A stretch of DNA of 64,000 nt from a virus. Shown in pieces: positions 1 to 9,960 of the stretch. Position 1 is the stretch's first letter, and each line of letters starts with the position of its first letter. A model generated the notes under the pieces. It made no database searches. It saw nothing but the letters and a program-made list of their open reading frames with translations, and was not told the DNA's origin. The DNA lies in IMG/VR virus record IMGVR_UViG_3300033182_000769, positions 96,010 to 160,009 of that record; one strand, given 5' to 3'. A program made the translations under genes and the position numbers.

Positions 1-2
1 AC

Positions 3-734
3 GCAACTGTTGACGAAGATTTGGTTTTTGATGTTGTTGGTACCGGTAAAGTTTCAATGCCAGACACAACTGCTTCAACAAGTACAACAACAGGTGCTTT
101 AGTAATTGGCGGCGGCTTGGGTATGGGTGGAAACCACCACGTAGGTGGAAGTACCGTAATTGCTGGCTCTGCTACAGTTAACAGTACAACAAACTCAACA
201 AACACGTCAAGCGGTGCCATAATCGTTACAGGCGGTGTAGGTGTTGGAGGTAATGGACACTTTGGCGGTTCAATAACCAGTGTAGGAATTACATCTTCGG
301 GTGCAGTAACTATTTCAAACGGTACTGCTGCGTCGAATTATACTTCGGGCGCATTGGTAGTTACAGGCGGTATTGGATGTAATAATAACTTATATGTAAA
401 CGGTGTAGGTCGTTTTTCAAATGACGTTGTTGCACACTATTCATCAGACGAAAGGCTTAAAGAAAACATTAACCCTATCGAAGATGCGCTAAATAAGATT
501 GATGCAATTAGCGGTGTAACGTTTGACTGGAACGAAACAGCATTAGAAATGTACCCAGAAAGAACAGGACGCGATGTCGGTGTTATTGCTCAACAAATTC
601 AAAGTGTTGTACCTGAATTAGTTGTTGAGAGAGAAAACGGATACTTGGCCGTTAATTACGAAAAAATCACTGCTTTATTAATTCAAGGCATCAAAGAGTT
701 AAAAGCAGAAATTGAAGAACTTAAAAAAGGTTAA
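3..734 (+). CDS. Tail fibre C-terminus with peptidase S74 intramolecular chaperone (5'-truncated by window)
   Basis: Frame is open to the window edge. Repeats of T-x-S-T-x-T-x-x-GA-L/I-V-x-GG-x-G; SDERLKENI...GVIAQ...VNY chaperone motif with terminal coiled coil. Confidence 0.85.
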   Translation, partial: ATVDEDLVFDVVGTGKVSMPDTTASTSTTTGALVIGGGLGMGGNHHVGGSTVIAGSATVNSTTNSTNTSSGAIIVTGGVGVGGNGHFGGSITSVGITSSGAVTISNGTAASNYTSGALVVTGGIGCNNNLYVNGVGRFSNDVVAHYSSDERLKENINPIEDALNKIDAISGVTFDWNETALEMYPERTGRDVGVIAQQIQSVVPELVVERENGYLAVNYEKITALLIQGIKELKAEIEELKKG

Positions 735-740
735 TTAAAG

Positions 741-1412
741 ATGGCATTTACGTTAACTTCTACAGGAATAACTTTCCATAACGGAACCACACAGTCAACA
801 AAATTTGACAGCGATGACGATAGAGGAAAGTTAATTAGCGTTAGTACATTTGGCGGTGGCTCTTCAGGTGGCGGATCATACACTTGGAATAAGCCGGCAG
901 GATGTACTAAAGTGCGTGTTATCTGCGTAGGAGGTGGCGGTGGCGCTTCGGGACACTGCGAAGGCGGTGGCTCCGGCGGTTATGCAGAGAAATGGGTCGA
1001 TGTTTCCGGTGTTAGCTCAGTATCAGTAACAGTAGGTGGCGGTGGTTCTGGAGGTGGTTACCACTCTAATAGACCAGATGGTGGCACAAGTTCATTTGGT
1101 GGCTACTGCTCAGCATCAGGCGGATACGGAGCAAATCGTAACTGGAGACATTCAGGCGGACATGGCGGCATTGGACACGGCGGTGATATTAACCTAAGAG
1201 GCGGTGGCGGTGGCGGCCACGAAAACGAAGCGGGCGGCAAGTCTGCAGATAGTTATTGGGGAGGAGGCGGCCCTGCTACACACCATAACTATCACGGTAA
1301 CAATTCAGAAAACCATTGCGCACCTGGCGCTGGCGGACAAGGTACTTGGACAGGCCACGGTCGTGGAAGATACGGTAAAGCGGGAATGGTTGTAGTTTGG
1401 AATTTCAAGTAA
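741..1412 (+). CDS. Glycine-rich tail-associated protein, paralogue 1
   Basis: TWNKPAGC..VICVGGGGG / GGSGGYAEK / VTVGGGG / SSFG motifs typical of phage Gly-rich domains; directly follows the tail fibre gene. Confidence 0.75.
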   Translation: MAFTLTSTGITFHNGTTQSTKFDSDDDRGKLISVSTFGGGSSGGGSYTWNKPAGCTKVRVICVGGGGGASGHCEGGGSGGYAEKWVDVSGVSSVSVTVGGGGSGGGYHSNRPDGGTSSFGGYCSASGGYGANRNWRHSGGHGGIGHGGDINLRGGGGGGHENEAGGKSADSYWGGGGPATHHNYHGNNSENHCAPGAGGQGTWTGHGRGRYGKAGMVVVWNFK

Positions 1413-1431
1413 TAGGAAGTAGGTAAAACAC

Positions 1432-2103
1432 ATGGCAGAAATTACTATTAATAGTTCAGGCATAGTAATGCCAGATGGCAACACACAAACAACTGCTATG
1501 AATGCCTCTCTTGATAGAGGTAAGTTAATTAGTGTAAACACATATACAGGCAACAGCACCTGGAATAGGCCATCTAATTGTAAAAAGATTTTGGTTATTT
1601 GTGTAGGTGGTGGCGGCGGTGGCTGCGGACACAATGAATCGGGCGGCGCCGGCGGCTATGTAGAAAAGTTATTAGATGTTTCATCTGGACCTACATCAGT
1701 ATCAGTAACAATTGGCGGCGGCGGAGATGGCCGTACATATCACAGAGGTTGTGGTGATGGCGGACAAACATCATTTGGTAGTTATTGTTACGCTACAGGC
1801 GGACGTGGAGCAAATCGTGACTGGAGCCACACAGGCGGACGTGGCGGACACGGCGGAAACGGTAATGTAAATTTATGGGGTGGCGGTGGCCGCTCACATG
1901 GAGACCAAGGTCAAGACGACGGTGGACAATCATTCTTTGGTGGTTCTCAAGTTGCAGGACACCACGGCGGTTATTACTACAGACACTGGTCAGAAGGACT
2001 TAATCACAATCCACCAGGATCAGGCGGAAACGGCGAATGGTCTCAACACTCACGTGGCGGGTATGGTACCAGTGGTATTTGTATCGTATATAACTATTCA
2101 TAA
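1432..2103 (+). CDS. Glycine-rich tail-associated protein, paralogue 2
   Basis: Same architecture as 741..1412. Confidence 0.75.
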   Translation: MAEITINSSGIVMPDGNTQTTAMNASLDRGKLISVNTYTGNSTWNRPSNCKKILVICVGGGGGGCGHNESGGAGGYVEKLLDVSSGPTSVSVTIGGGGDGRTYHRGCGDGGQTSFGSYCYATGGRGANRDWSHTGGRGGHGGNGNVNLWGGGGRSHGDQGQDDGGQSFFGGSQVAGHHGGYYYRHWSEGLNHNPPGSGGNGEWSQHSRGGYGTSGICIVYNYS

Positions 2104-2116
2104 GGACGAGCGATAA

Positions 2117-2806
2117 ATGGCAACTACATTAAACAGTAACGGAATTAATTTTCCAGATGGCACTACACAAACCGTAAAGTTCCAAGAAGAAGATGGCGGT
2201 GGTGAATTAATTGCTATCAATACTTTTCCACCACATAATGACTTCCACAACGTAACACGTTCTGGAACATATACTTGGACTAAACCGTCTGGCTGTAAAT
2301 ATGTTAGAGTAATTGTAGTCGGAGGCGGTGGTGGCTCGTGCGCACACGGAGAGTCGGGTGCTGCTGGCGGCATGGCTGAAAAGTTTATTAATGTTGAAGG
2401 TATTAGCTCAGTATCAGTAACAGTAGGCGGACGTGGGTCGGGCGGCGGCTACTATTCAAATAGACCAGACGGTGGCACAAGCTCGTTTGGTAGTTATTGT
2501 TCGGCAGGCGGCGGCTATGGTGCAAACCGTAACTGGGGCCACTCAGGCGGTCACGGCGGTGTAGGTCACGGCGGAGACATTAATGTTTGGGGCGGCGGCG
2601 GCAATGGCCACGATAACCGTGGCGGCAAAGGTGGCGGCTCATACTTTGGCGGATCAAAATTCCCAGGGTGGGGTAACAACTCACGTGGCGCTACTGGCGA
2701 AGATCACTATATGGCTCCGGGTGCAGGCGGTTCAAGTTGTCACTCAAGCCACGGTAGAGGTGGTTACGGCGCAACTGGAGCAGTAATTGTTTACTGCTAT
2801 AAGTAG
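2117..2806 (+). CDS. Glycine-rich tail-associated protein, paralogue 3
   Basis: Same architecture; shares SNRPDGGTSSFG and GYGANRNW-HSGGHGG with paralogue 1. Confidence 0.75.
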   Translation: MATTLNSNGINFPDGTTQTVKFQEEDGGGELIAINTFPPHNDFHNVTRSGTYTWTKPSGCKYVRVIVVGGGGGSCAHGESGAAGGMAEKFINVEGISSVSVTVGGRGSGGGYYSNRPDGGTSSFGSYCSAGGGYGANRNWGHSGGHGGVGHGGDINVWGGGGNGHDNRGGKGGGSYFGGSKFPGWGNNSRGATGEDHYMAPGAGGSSCHSSHGRGGYGATGAVIVYCYK

Positions 2807-2878
2807 CCACAAATATTATATTCAAACTATCTATCTAAATAAGTAAGTTAATAATATTAAGATTTACGAGGGTAATCA

Positions 2879-4513
2879 ATGCAAATTAACAGTGTTCTTA
2901 TTGTCGGTGGCGGAAGTAGCGGATGGATGACTGCTGCTGCGTTAGTTAGACAACTTCCACAATTAAAAATAACATTAGTAGAAGCACCAGGAATTCCAAC
3001 AATCGGTGTAGGCGAATCTACCATTGGACATATTAACAGTTATATGAATGCAGTTGGTCTCAAAGACGAAGATTGGATGAAGAACTGTAATGCAACATAT
3101 AAGACATCAATTAAATTTACGAATTTTAGAGATAATCCAGGAGAGATTGGAAAACATACCTTCCACTATCCGTTTGGGGTTATAGATATCACTGACAAAG
3201 ATGAAGGCCCAATGGAGTGGTTCTTACACAATCAAATAGATCCAGATAACTGGCCAGAAGAAACAATGGCAGAGTATTATCACCCTCACGTTATTATGGC
3301 TGATCATAATAAAATGACTAATAACGACGAGTTTCAGATAAGAGGATTTAATTTCCAATATGATACGGCATATCATATGGATGCTGCATTGTTTGGGGAA
3401 TATTTAAAGAATGATGTGTGTATTCCAGAAGGCGTAACACATATTGTAGATACTGTATTAGATGCAGAAGTAGCAGAAGATGGTTCACTTGCAAATATTG
3501 TTACAGAAAATAATGGAAAGTTAACCGCAGATTTGTACATTGACTGTACTGGTTTTAAATCTATACTACTTGAAGGAAAAATGAAATCTGAATTTGTTTC
3601 TTTCAAAGATACATTGTTAAATGACAGAGCTATTGCTACTATTATCCCGTATCTTGATAGAGAAAATGAAATGACTTCTGCTACTAATTGTACAGCAATT
3701 GATGCAGGTTGGGTATGGAATATCCCATTATGGAATCGTATCGGAACTGGTTATGTATATTCGAGTGACTTTGCGACAGAAGAAGAAGCAGAAGAACAAT
3801 TTAGAAAACACTTAGCCGGTGAATATATGGACTTCCAAGGCGATAAAGAAGCACTTAAAAAACGTGCAGAGGAAGCAGAATTTAGACATATTAAGATCAA
3901 ACACGGCTGTCATAGAGAAGCATGGGTTAAAAATGTAGTTGGTATTGGTTTAGCCAATGGATTTATTGAACCGCTTGAGTCGACAGGACTTATGCTAACG
4001 CACGAAGGTATTATGAGATTAATTGATACCTTGCATAATAGAAAATGTTTTGTTACCGGCTATGATAGAGAAGCATTTAACTTTGCAGTATTTGACGAAG
4101 TTATTGGTTTTAAAGATTTCATTTCAATGCACTATACATTAACAAGACGTAACGATACACCGTACTGGAAACATATCACAGAGGGAGGCATTAAATGGTC
4201 TCCGGAAATGGCAAATAGTATTCCAAAATTACGTAATATTTACATGGATGTTGCTGGTAGGACTTTAAATTCGAGAGTTTACGATCTTGATATGGGAGGA
4301 ATGCTTTATATCGTCGCAGGTCAGGGTTACAAACCAATGAATGATCGGTATATGAAAGACAAAAATGATAGGTATAATAGACGCAAGCAGTGGAAACAGG
4401 AAGAGTCAGCACACTTATGGTTCGATTACAAAGAAAACGTTTTAATGCCAATGATTGATAGTTTACCAACCCATTATGAGTATTTGAAGATAAATATTCA
4501 TACAGAAGAGTAA
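2879..4513 (+). CDS. Flavin-dependent halogenase (tryptophan halogenase family)
   Basis: GGGSSG FAD motif, IGVGEST, ATYKxxIKF (catalytic Lys region), DCTGF, GWVWNIPL (WxWxIP), FIEPLESTG. Confidence 0.9.
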   Translation: MQINSVLIVGGGSSGWMTAAALVRQLPQLKITLVEAPGIPTIGVGESTIGHINSYMNAVGLKDEDWMKNCNATYKTSIKFTNFRDNPGEIGKHTFHYPFGVIDITDKDEGPMEWFLHNQIDPDNWPEETMAEYYHPHVIMADHNKMTNNDEFQIRGFNFQYDTAYHMDAALFGEYLKNDVCIPEGVTHIVDTVLDAEVAEDGSLANIVTENNGKLTADLYIDCTGFKSILLEGKMKSEFVSFKDTLLNDRAIATIIPYLDRENEMTSATNCTAIDAGWVWNIPLWNRIGTGYVYSSDFATEEEAEEQFRKHLAGEYMDFQGDKEALKKRAEEAEFRHIKIKHGCHREAWVKNVVGIGLANGFIEPLESTGLMLTHEGIMRLIDTLHNRKCFVTGYDREAFNFAVFDEVIGFKDFISMHYTLTRRNDTPYWKHITEGGIKWSPEMANSIPKLRNIYMDVAGRTLNSRVYDLDMGGMLYIVAGQGYKPMNDRYMKDKNDRYNRRKQWKQEESAHLWFDYKENVLMPMIDSLPTHYEYLKINIHTEE

Positions 4514-4526
4514 TAAGGAGTAATTA

Positions 4527-5042
4527 ATGGCAAAATATGCATTAGTACACAATTTTATGGAAACTCGTGTTCAGGCAGTTGCAACAACCGAGGCAGAAAA
4601 ATTTGACATCCACTCAGATTTAAGTTGGATCCCTTGCAGTGATGACGTTGAGCAAGGATGGGAATATAATAAAGAAACTGGAACCTTCCAACCTTGGCAG
4701 GATCCTCCAACACACTACACAGTAGCACGTAGGGTAGGCTATGGTGATGTAGGCGCACAATTAGGTGAAATTTTTGACGCAATACAGTCAGGTAATGCAA
4801 ACGCATTAACATCGTGGGCTTCAAGAATTGAAAAGATTAAAATTTTATTACCTAAAGACAACGAAGCAGCAGTGATTGCAGTTCAAAATGAATTAAATCA
4901 GCGTAACCAAACAATGGCTGATAAGGCAGAAGCAGGTGAAATTGATTTTCAAGATGCGCCTGATGTTGTCACTCAGTTAGCAGATGAATATATTAATGGT
5001 ACTTGGATTTGTCCTGTAAGAGGTCAGTATACCGGTTCCTAA
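4527..5042 (+). CDS. Hypothetical protein, possibly tail-fibre assembly-like
   Basis: AAGGAG RBS; N-terminal WIPCSDDVEQGWEY resembles phage tail-assembly chaperones. Confidence 0.5.
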   Translation: MAKYALVHNFMETRVQAVATTEAEKFDIHSDLSWIPCSDDVEQGWEYNKETGTFQPWQDPPTHYTVARRVGYGDVGAQLGEIFDAIQSGNANALTSWASRIEKIKILLPKDNEAAVIAVQNELNQRNQTMADKAEAGEIDFQDAPDVVTQLADEYINGTWICPVRGQYTGS

Positions 5043-5063
5043 ATTACTCTTGCTAATGCATAG

Positions 5064-5099
5064 AAAAGGTAAGTACTTAAAAGGTGCTTACCTTTTTTC
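5064..5099 (+). terminator. Intrinsic terminator, potentially bidirectional
   Basis: AAAAGGTAAGTAC-loop-GTGCTTACCTTTTTT. Confidence 0.65.
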
Positions 5100-5122
5100 A
5101 TCTATTTTAGAAAGGTATTTAA

Positions 5123-6412
5123 ATGAACGACTTTGATAAGTTATTTTCTTTTGGTTATCCATCATTTACTGAAGATCCTAACTTTTATTATAACTGTTTA
5201 AAAAATTCGCATCCTCGTTTTAGAGAAGAAATTTTTGACATTTACTTTTCTGCTCCTTTTAAATATACATGGAACGGAGTAGATCGTCAATACGGTGATG
5301 TAATGGGTGCTCCTTTAAGTGATGCACACATTGAATCGTTACTAAAAATACAAAAAGAATTTGGGATTGAAGTTAGTTTAACATTTAACGAGACCTATCC
5401 TAATAGAGAACTGGTTGAAGATCTTAATATCATGAATCAGTTTGTGGATCATATTGGTAAGTATTACGACATGGGTGTTCGTTCTTGTACCATTAGCCAT
5501 GTTCATATGATGGCAACAAGTGTACTACAACGCAATTTTCCTGAAATGAGATGGAAAAATACTGTTAATCATATTATTACAAAGCCCCAGCAAGTTGTAG
5601 ATTATCATACTATTGGCTACGATGTTATTAATCTTGATAGATCGTTGAATCGTGATATGGATATGCTTAATGCTATGCAACCGTTACGAAAAAAATATCC
5701 TAACTTAATTCTTTCGCTACTTGTTACAGAAGGTTGTATGCCTACTTGTCCATTTAAAGTAGAACATGATACAATGAATAAAGAAGTAGGATGGAACTAC
5801 TTTGCTAATCACGGTAACATGACTTGTAAACAATGGAGGCATTCTGTAATTAACGATCTTCCAAGAGTTGGAACTGAAATGATTTGGGGTGACTTAGACA
5901 CTTTTATGGAATACAGAGAAAAAGTTGATTACTTCAAGTTCTCCGGAAGAATGATGAATCTCCCATCTAACTCTACAGATCAAAAAATGTGTTGGACGAA
6001 TACAACAGACATTAAAGGCCAACGTTGGAATACTGATTACGCAGATGCTAATGTTCCTATAGAACAAGGCAATACTGTTCTTGTTGCAAATTATTTTGAA
6101 GAAATTATTAACAACAATCCGGGAGTTATTTCTAACTTTAGTCCTATACGATTTGTTGATAAGGATACACCGTCAAATTTGGAACTTGCTCCAGACGTTG
6201 ACAGCAGATCTATATGGACAACAAAGAAAGGAAAATCTCTTAATTTAGTGTTAAAGAATTGTAAAAACGAGTGTTGGGATTGCCATGCCTGCGAACGTAC
6301 TTTTAGCTCTGAGTTAGGTGATATTGATACACTTATTGAAGTAAACAGAGATACTGAAATTCTAAGAGGCCATGCTCAACATTTCCAAGGAATTAAAATT
6401 AATCAGATTTAA
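5123..6412 (+). CDS. Peptidase U32-like Fe-S protein
   Basis: INLDRSLNRD, EGCMPTCPF, FKFSGR (cf. the U32 KIEGR motif); C-terminal CxxxCxxCxxC cluster. Confidence 0.6.
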   Translation: MNDFDKLFSFGYPSFTEDPNFYYNCLKNSHPRFREEIFDIYFSAPFKYTWNGVDRQYGDVMGAPLSDAHIESLLKIQKEFGIEVSLTFNETYPNRELVEDLNIMNQFVDHIGKYYDMGVRSCTISHVHMMATSVLQRNFPEMRWKNTVNHIITKPQQVVDYHTIGYDVINLDRSLNRDMDMLNAMQPLRKKYPNLILSLLVTEGCMPTCPFKVEHDTMNKEVGWNYFANHGNMTCKQWRHSVINDLPRVGTEMIWGDLDTFMEYREKVDYFKFSGRMMNLPSNSTDQKMCWTNTTDIKGQRWNTDYADANVPIEQGNTVLVANYFEEIINNNPGVISNFSPIRFVDKDTPSNLELAPDVDSRSIWTTKKGKSLNLVLKNCKNECWDCHACERTFSSELGDIDTLIEVNRDTEILRGHAQHFQGIKINQI

Positions 6413-7028
6413 TATTTCTTTGCCAGTTTATATTTAAATTGTATCTGGCTTTTTGTTTACAAGGTCTGGAACCTGAATGGTAATATTCTCCAGGGAATAC
6501 TAATAATCTATTACGTTTAGGAGGTATAGTTGTTAGTAGTTCGCACTTATTTTTATTTTCTTTATAATATTCCAATGCTTCGTCAGTAGTCTTTCCAATA
6601 GGGCATTTCATATCATATATGTATGTAGGGCCGTCGCTATCATTAAGATACAGTATAGCAGTTGTTGACGCCATGTCTGGTGTATCGACGTGCGGTTCGA
6701 ACGGGTCTGAATTAATTGATGTTGTATTTAAATTGGCTTTAAATCGAATTAACTCGTCCATCTTGGTGCCAATTGTATACTCGCAGTGCAACAAAAACGG
6801 AACAAACTCGTCATAATTTGGACAGGTAAACTTTGGCTCTGCATCTTCTACGTGTCTATAATAAATTAAAGACGAAAACCCTTCGTCCCACAATGCTAAA
6901 TCATCAGAGTACTTTGATCTGTATGTAGTGTCTTTTAAAAAAAACCACGGATAACTATCATCGAGCACCACAGAAGAAACTTGATCAAGTATAATTTTAG
7001 GTAAAAAGTCGTCTATAATTTTAATCAT
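6399..7028 (-). CDS. 2OG-Fe(II) oxygenase
   Basis: PHVD...AILYLNDSDG...YHSG...R; start moved to the ATGA overlap with the upstream gene. Confidence 0.8.
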   Translation of the reverse strand: MIKIIDDFLPKIILDQVSSVVLDDSYPWFFLKDTTYRSKYSDDLALWDEGFSSLIYYRHVEDAEPKFTCPNYDEFVPFLLHCEYTIGTKMDELIRFKANLNTTSINSDPFEPHVDTPDMASTTAILYLNDSDGPTYIYDMKCPIGKTTDEALEYYKENKNKCELLTTIPPKRNRLLVFPGEYYHSGSRPCKQKARYNLNINWQRNIKSD

Positions 7029-7615
7029 TTTATTATTGCTGCCCATGTCGCTATTACGTATTTGTCATTTGAAAGTGGAGAGTTTCCTCTATGTGTATGT
7101 GTAAACTCTGCAGGAAACATTAATAATCTTCCTTTCTTTGCTGCTACACGTCTTGGATAATAATGGAATTCTGTTTCACCGCCTTCGTCTACATCATTAA
7201 GATAAAGTATGAATGCTAAAAAACGATTACTATGTTCAATGTCTCCACGCTCGTGGTGCCATACATGATAGCCGCCTCCGACTGGTGTTTTTTGCAATCT
7301 ATATGAATATATTCCATAATTGTGTGCGTGTAATATATCGTATTCATTAAAATATAAATTAACGCAATCAACAACTGCACGGTTAACCTCACCTAAAATT
7401 CGGCTGTTCATTAACTGTATGCTATCGTCCATTTCATCTTGAAAGAAGTAAGTATCATCTTTTTTCTTAAGACGCTCTACTCCTTCTAACTCTTGTCTGG
7501 AACTTGTTAATGTTGATGCTTTTACGTAATCAAAATGTTTAACAACATCATCACAGAAATCAAGAGGAACTGCATCGTCAAATACACCAATAAAATCTTT
7601 TATATCTACTTTCAT
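7025..7615 (-). CDS. 2OG-Fe(II) oxygenase (prolyl-hydroxylase-like)
   Basis: GGGYHVWHHE, LYLNDVDEGGET, FPAEFTHTHRG. Confidence 0.88.
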   Translation of the reverse strand: MKVDIKDFIGVFDDAVPLDFCDDVVKHFDYVKASTLTSSRQELEGVERLKKKDDTYFFQDEMDDSIQLMNSRILGEVNRAVVDCVNLYFNEYDILHAHNYGIYSYRLQKTPVGGGYHVWHHERGDIEHSNRFLAFILYLNDVDEGGETEFHYYPRRVAAKKGRLLMFPAEFTHTHRGNSPLSNDKYVIATWAAIIK

Positions 7616-7623
7616 ATTAATAC

Positions 7624-8241
7624 TTACACAAAATTGATGTTCATAATGTATCGTCTTGGATGGAACATAGGGTTGCTTGGTGCGTGAAACCGAAGCCCGT
7701 TAAATGCAACCATTCTACCTAACTTTGGCGTAACACGCTGTTCTACCTTTACATCATACTCAAACTGTTCGGAATTCCAAATCTTATCGAATAAAAATGT
7801 ATCCCCATCACTATCATTGAGATAGTAAATTATTGTTTTATGTTCTTCAAAATTGTCAACATGAATTTCGTTGCAGCAGTTATCGTGCCATCCTGGCAAA
7901 TGATTCTTGGTTTGATTATTAACTTTGACACGCATTACTGCTTCGACTGTATCGCCTGACAATCGTTGATATTCGTCTAATACTGACAACGCTAATTGAT
8001 AAAATGTATCATCAAAAATTTTAGATTCTTTAAAATTATTATAGTATACTAATTTAATTAATGAGTCTGATGGGACCTGCACGGTATCTAACGGATTAAC
8101 AGTTAACCCTTTAAAGTATGCCCCAGACGTTGCAACATGATTATAATCAACCCATCCAAAGTTTCCACCTTTTGTATACTCTGAAAACCGTTGCTCTGTT
8201 TGCTTAGGTAAAATGTTATCGTAAATTTGTGTTTCAATCAT
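7624..8241 (-). CDS. 2OG-Fe(II) oxygenase
   Basis: IHVD, YYLNDSDGDT, FHAPS..RR. Confidence 0.8.
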   Translation of the reverse strand: MIETQIYDNILPKQTEQRFSEYTKGGNFGWVDYNHVATSGAYFKGLTVNPLDTVQVPSDSLIKLVYYNNFKESKIFDDTFYQLALSVLDEYQRLSGDTVEAVMRVKVNNQTKNHLPGWHDNCCNEIHVDNFEEHKTIIYYLNDSDGDTFLFDKIWNSEQFEYDVKVEQRVTPKLGRMVAFNGLRFHAPSNPMFHPRRYIMNINFV

Positions 8242-8716
8242 GGAATTTAAACTCTACTGTTAGTGTTTTAAAAGACTGTACAGGATTTGTGATAGCATAC
8301 AGTCTGTTATCTACATGAATTATAGATCCTTTTTTAGTTTTTATTCTTTCAACTTCGTTGCAACAGTCGTCAAAGAAAATTACTTCACTATCATTATCAT
8401 TAATGATATACAATACTCCATTTAATTTAGTTGGCCGGTTACAGTTAACACTTGTAATATTTGGATTTTGATATTGTAATTTAAATTTTACATTTTGTAA
8501 TTCAAAAGGACCGATCTCAGTTTTATCCATAACATTATCTAATATATGCCAAACCCATGCAGCAAATATTTGGTCATCTTTGTCAAAAGTTAATTCATTA
8601 ACAAACTCAACACTAACTTCTCCTTTAGTGTAGACCCATTTAAATTCTCTCCCGTTTACAGTGTTTTCTAAACGATCCTGTGAGTACGGATTAATAATGC
8701 TATTAAAAATTTTCAT
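8234..8716 (-). CDS. Degenerate 2OG-Fe(II) oxygenase-like protein
   Basis: Pattern matches neighbours (LYIINDNDSE, KKGSII) but HxD and the distal His are missing. Confidence 0.55.
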   Translation of the reverse strand: MKIFNSIINPYSQDRLENTVNGREFKWVYTKGEVSVEFVNELTFDKDDQIFAAWVWHILDNVMDKTEIGPFELQNVKFKLQYQNPNITSVNCNRPTKLNGVLYIINDNDSEVIFFDDCCNEVERIKTKKGSIIHVDNRLYAITNPVQSFKTLTVEFKFHD

Positions 8717-9321
8717 ACTATATTGATATTCAAAATTATACGTTTGTCGTTTTCTTTAGGACTTTGAGAAGTGTGAAAGTGTAGTCCGTCAAACAGTACA
8801 ATTCTGCCTTTCTTTGGTTTAATTCGTTGTTTAATAGTTAAAGGTACCGGCTGCTCAGCATCTTCGCTCCAACGCTCATTAAAAATAACGGTATCACCGT
8901 CTGAATCGTTTACATAATACACCATTACTAAATGTTCATTATACACATCGAGGTGCGGATAATGAATAGCATTATCGTGTGTTGCTCCAGATGCAGGATT
9001 AGGTGTCAGCATATTTGCTTTAACTCTAATAATACCGTGTAAATCTATATTTTCTTCCTCACAAACATAATCTATAATCATTCGAGACATCATGTATGCA
9101 TCATGAGGATCGTACCATAAACTGTCCATAAACAACGGCTTTGTCATTCCTGACGACTCTATATGTTTATAATTGTCTGGAAATGTGAATTCGTTTTTAG
9201 GTGTTTGTGTACCTAATGATAAATTATCCATTGCAAACCAATAGAAGTTATCAGAAGTTAATCTTTCTTCTAATCTGTCCACTAATGCAGGAGGTAGTAA
9301 ATTATCAAAGACCTTAATCAT
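8713..9321 (-). CDS. 2OG-Fe(II) oxygenase
   Basis: PHLD, YYVNDSDGDT, FHTS..KR. Confidence 0.8.
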   Translation of the reverse strand: MIKVFDNLLPPALVDRLEERLTSDNFYWFAMDNLSLGTQTPKNEFTFPDNYKHIESSGMTKPLFMDSLWYDPHDAYMMSRMIIDYVCEEENIDLHGIIRVKANMLTPNPASGATHDNAIHYPHLDVYNEHLVMVYYVNDSDGDTVIFNERWSEDAEQPVPLTIKQRIKPKKGRIVLFDGLHFHTSQSPKENDKRIILNINIV

Positions 9322-9959
9322 TAATCATCCCATTCTATAGCAAACGAAACAGAAATACGATCTTCTTCGCTGGTTTTATTTACACCAATTTCGTGATCCA
9401 TCCAACCCGGCCAAATTAATAAGTCTCCTTCTCCTGGAGCAAATGTATACGACGATAGTAACAGACTCTTTGAAGATTCTGTTTGATTTAGGTAGTACGC
9501 AAATTGATTTGGGTCAGTGAATGTTATATTTCCTGAATATTTAGGCACTGAAATATAATATGTTCCGGCTAATAAATCCGGAGCATGGTGGTGTCTGCCT
9601 TGAAAACCACCAGGAGGATTAATATTAAACCACATTGTTCTTAATCTAATATTACTATGTGAACGGGTCCACGGAGCATTGAGCTCTCTCATCTTTTCTA
9701 TAATATTATTAACATACTCTGTTGATCTTTCTAAAATTAAGTCTTTAAGATGTTTAAAAACATCAACTTCAAATAACTGAGATGTAAAGTCATCATAAAA
9801 ATAAGTTGTAAAGCCAGTATTATAAAAGTTTCCTTGTCCTTTTACCGGAGATTCATTGTAGATGGATTTAATCCAAGTTAGTATCTCATCGTGGTTAGAA
9901 ACTTTACTTTCTGTATCCAACAGTATTTTTGGAGAAAACGGTGTAAAATATTCTTTCAT
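9321..9959 (-). CDS. 2OG-Fe(II) oxygenase, TIGR02466-like
   Basis: WFNINPPG..HHH..LAGTYY, WPGWMDHE, RISVSF. Confidence 0.8.
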   Translation of the reverse strand: MKEYFTPFSPKILLDTESKVSNHDEILTWIKSIYNESPVKGQGNFYNTGFTTYFYDDFTSQLFEVDVFKHLKDLILERSTEYVNNIIEKMRELNAPWTRSHSNIRLRTMWFNINPPGGFQGRHHHAPDLLAGTYYISVPKYSGNITFTDPNQFAYYLNQTESSKSLLLSSYTFAPGEGDLLIWPGWMDHEIGVNKTSEEDRISVSFAIEWDD

Positions 9960-9960
9960 G

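Noticed and set aside
741-2806. Diversity-generating retroelement (template/variable repeat pair)
   Set aside because: Differences between copies are mostly synonymous and not adenine-specific, and there is no reverse transcriptase in the window.
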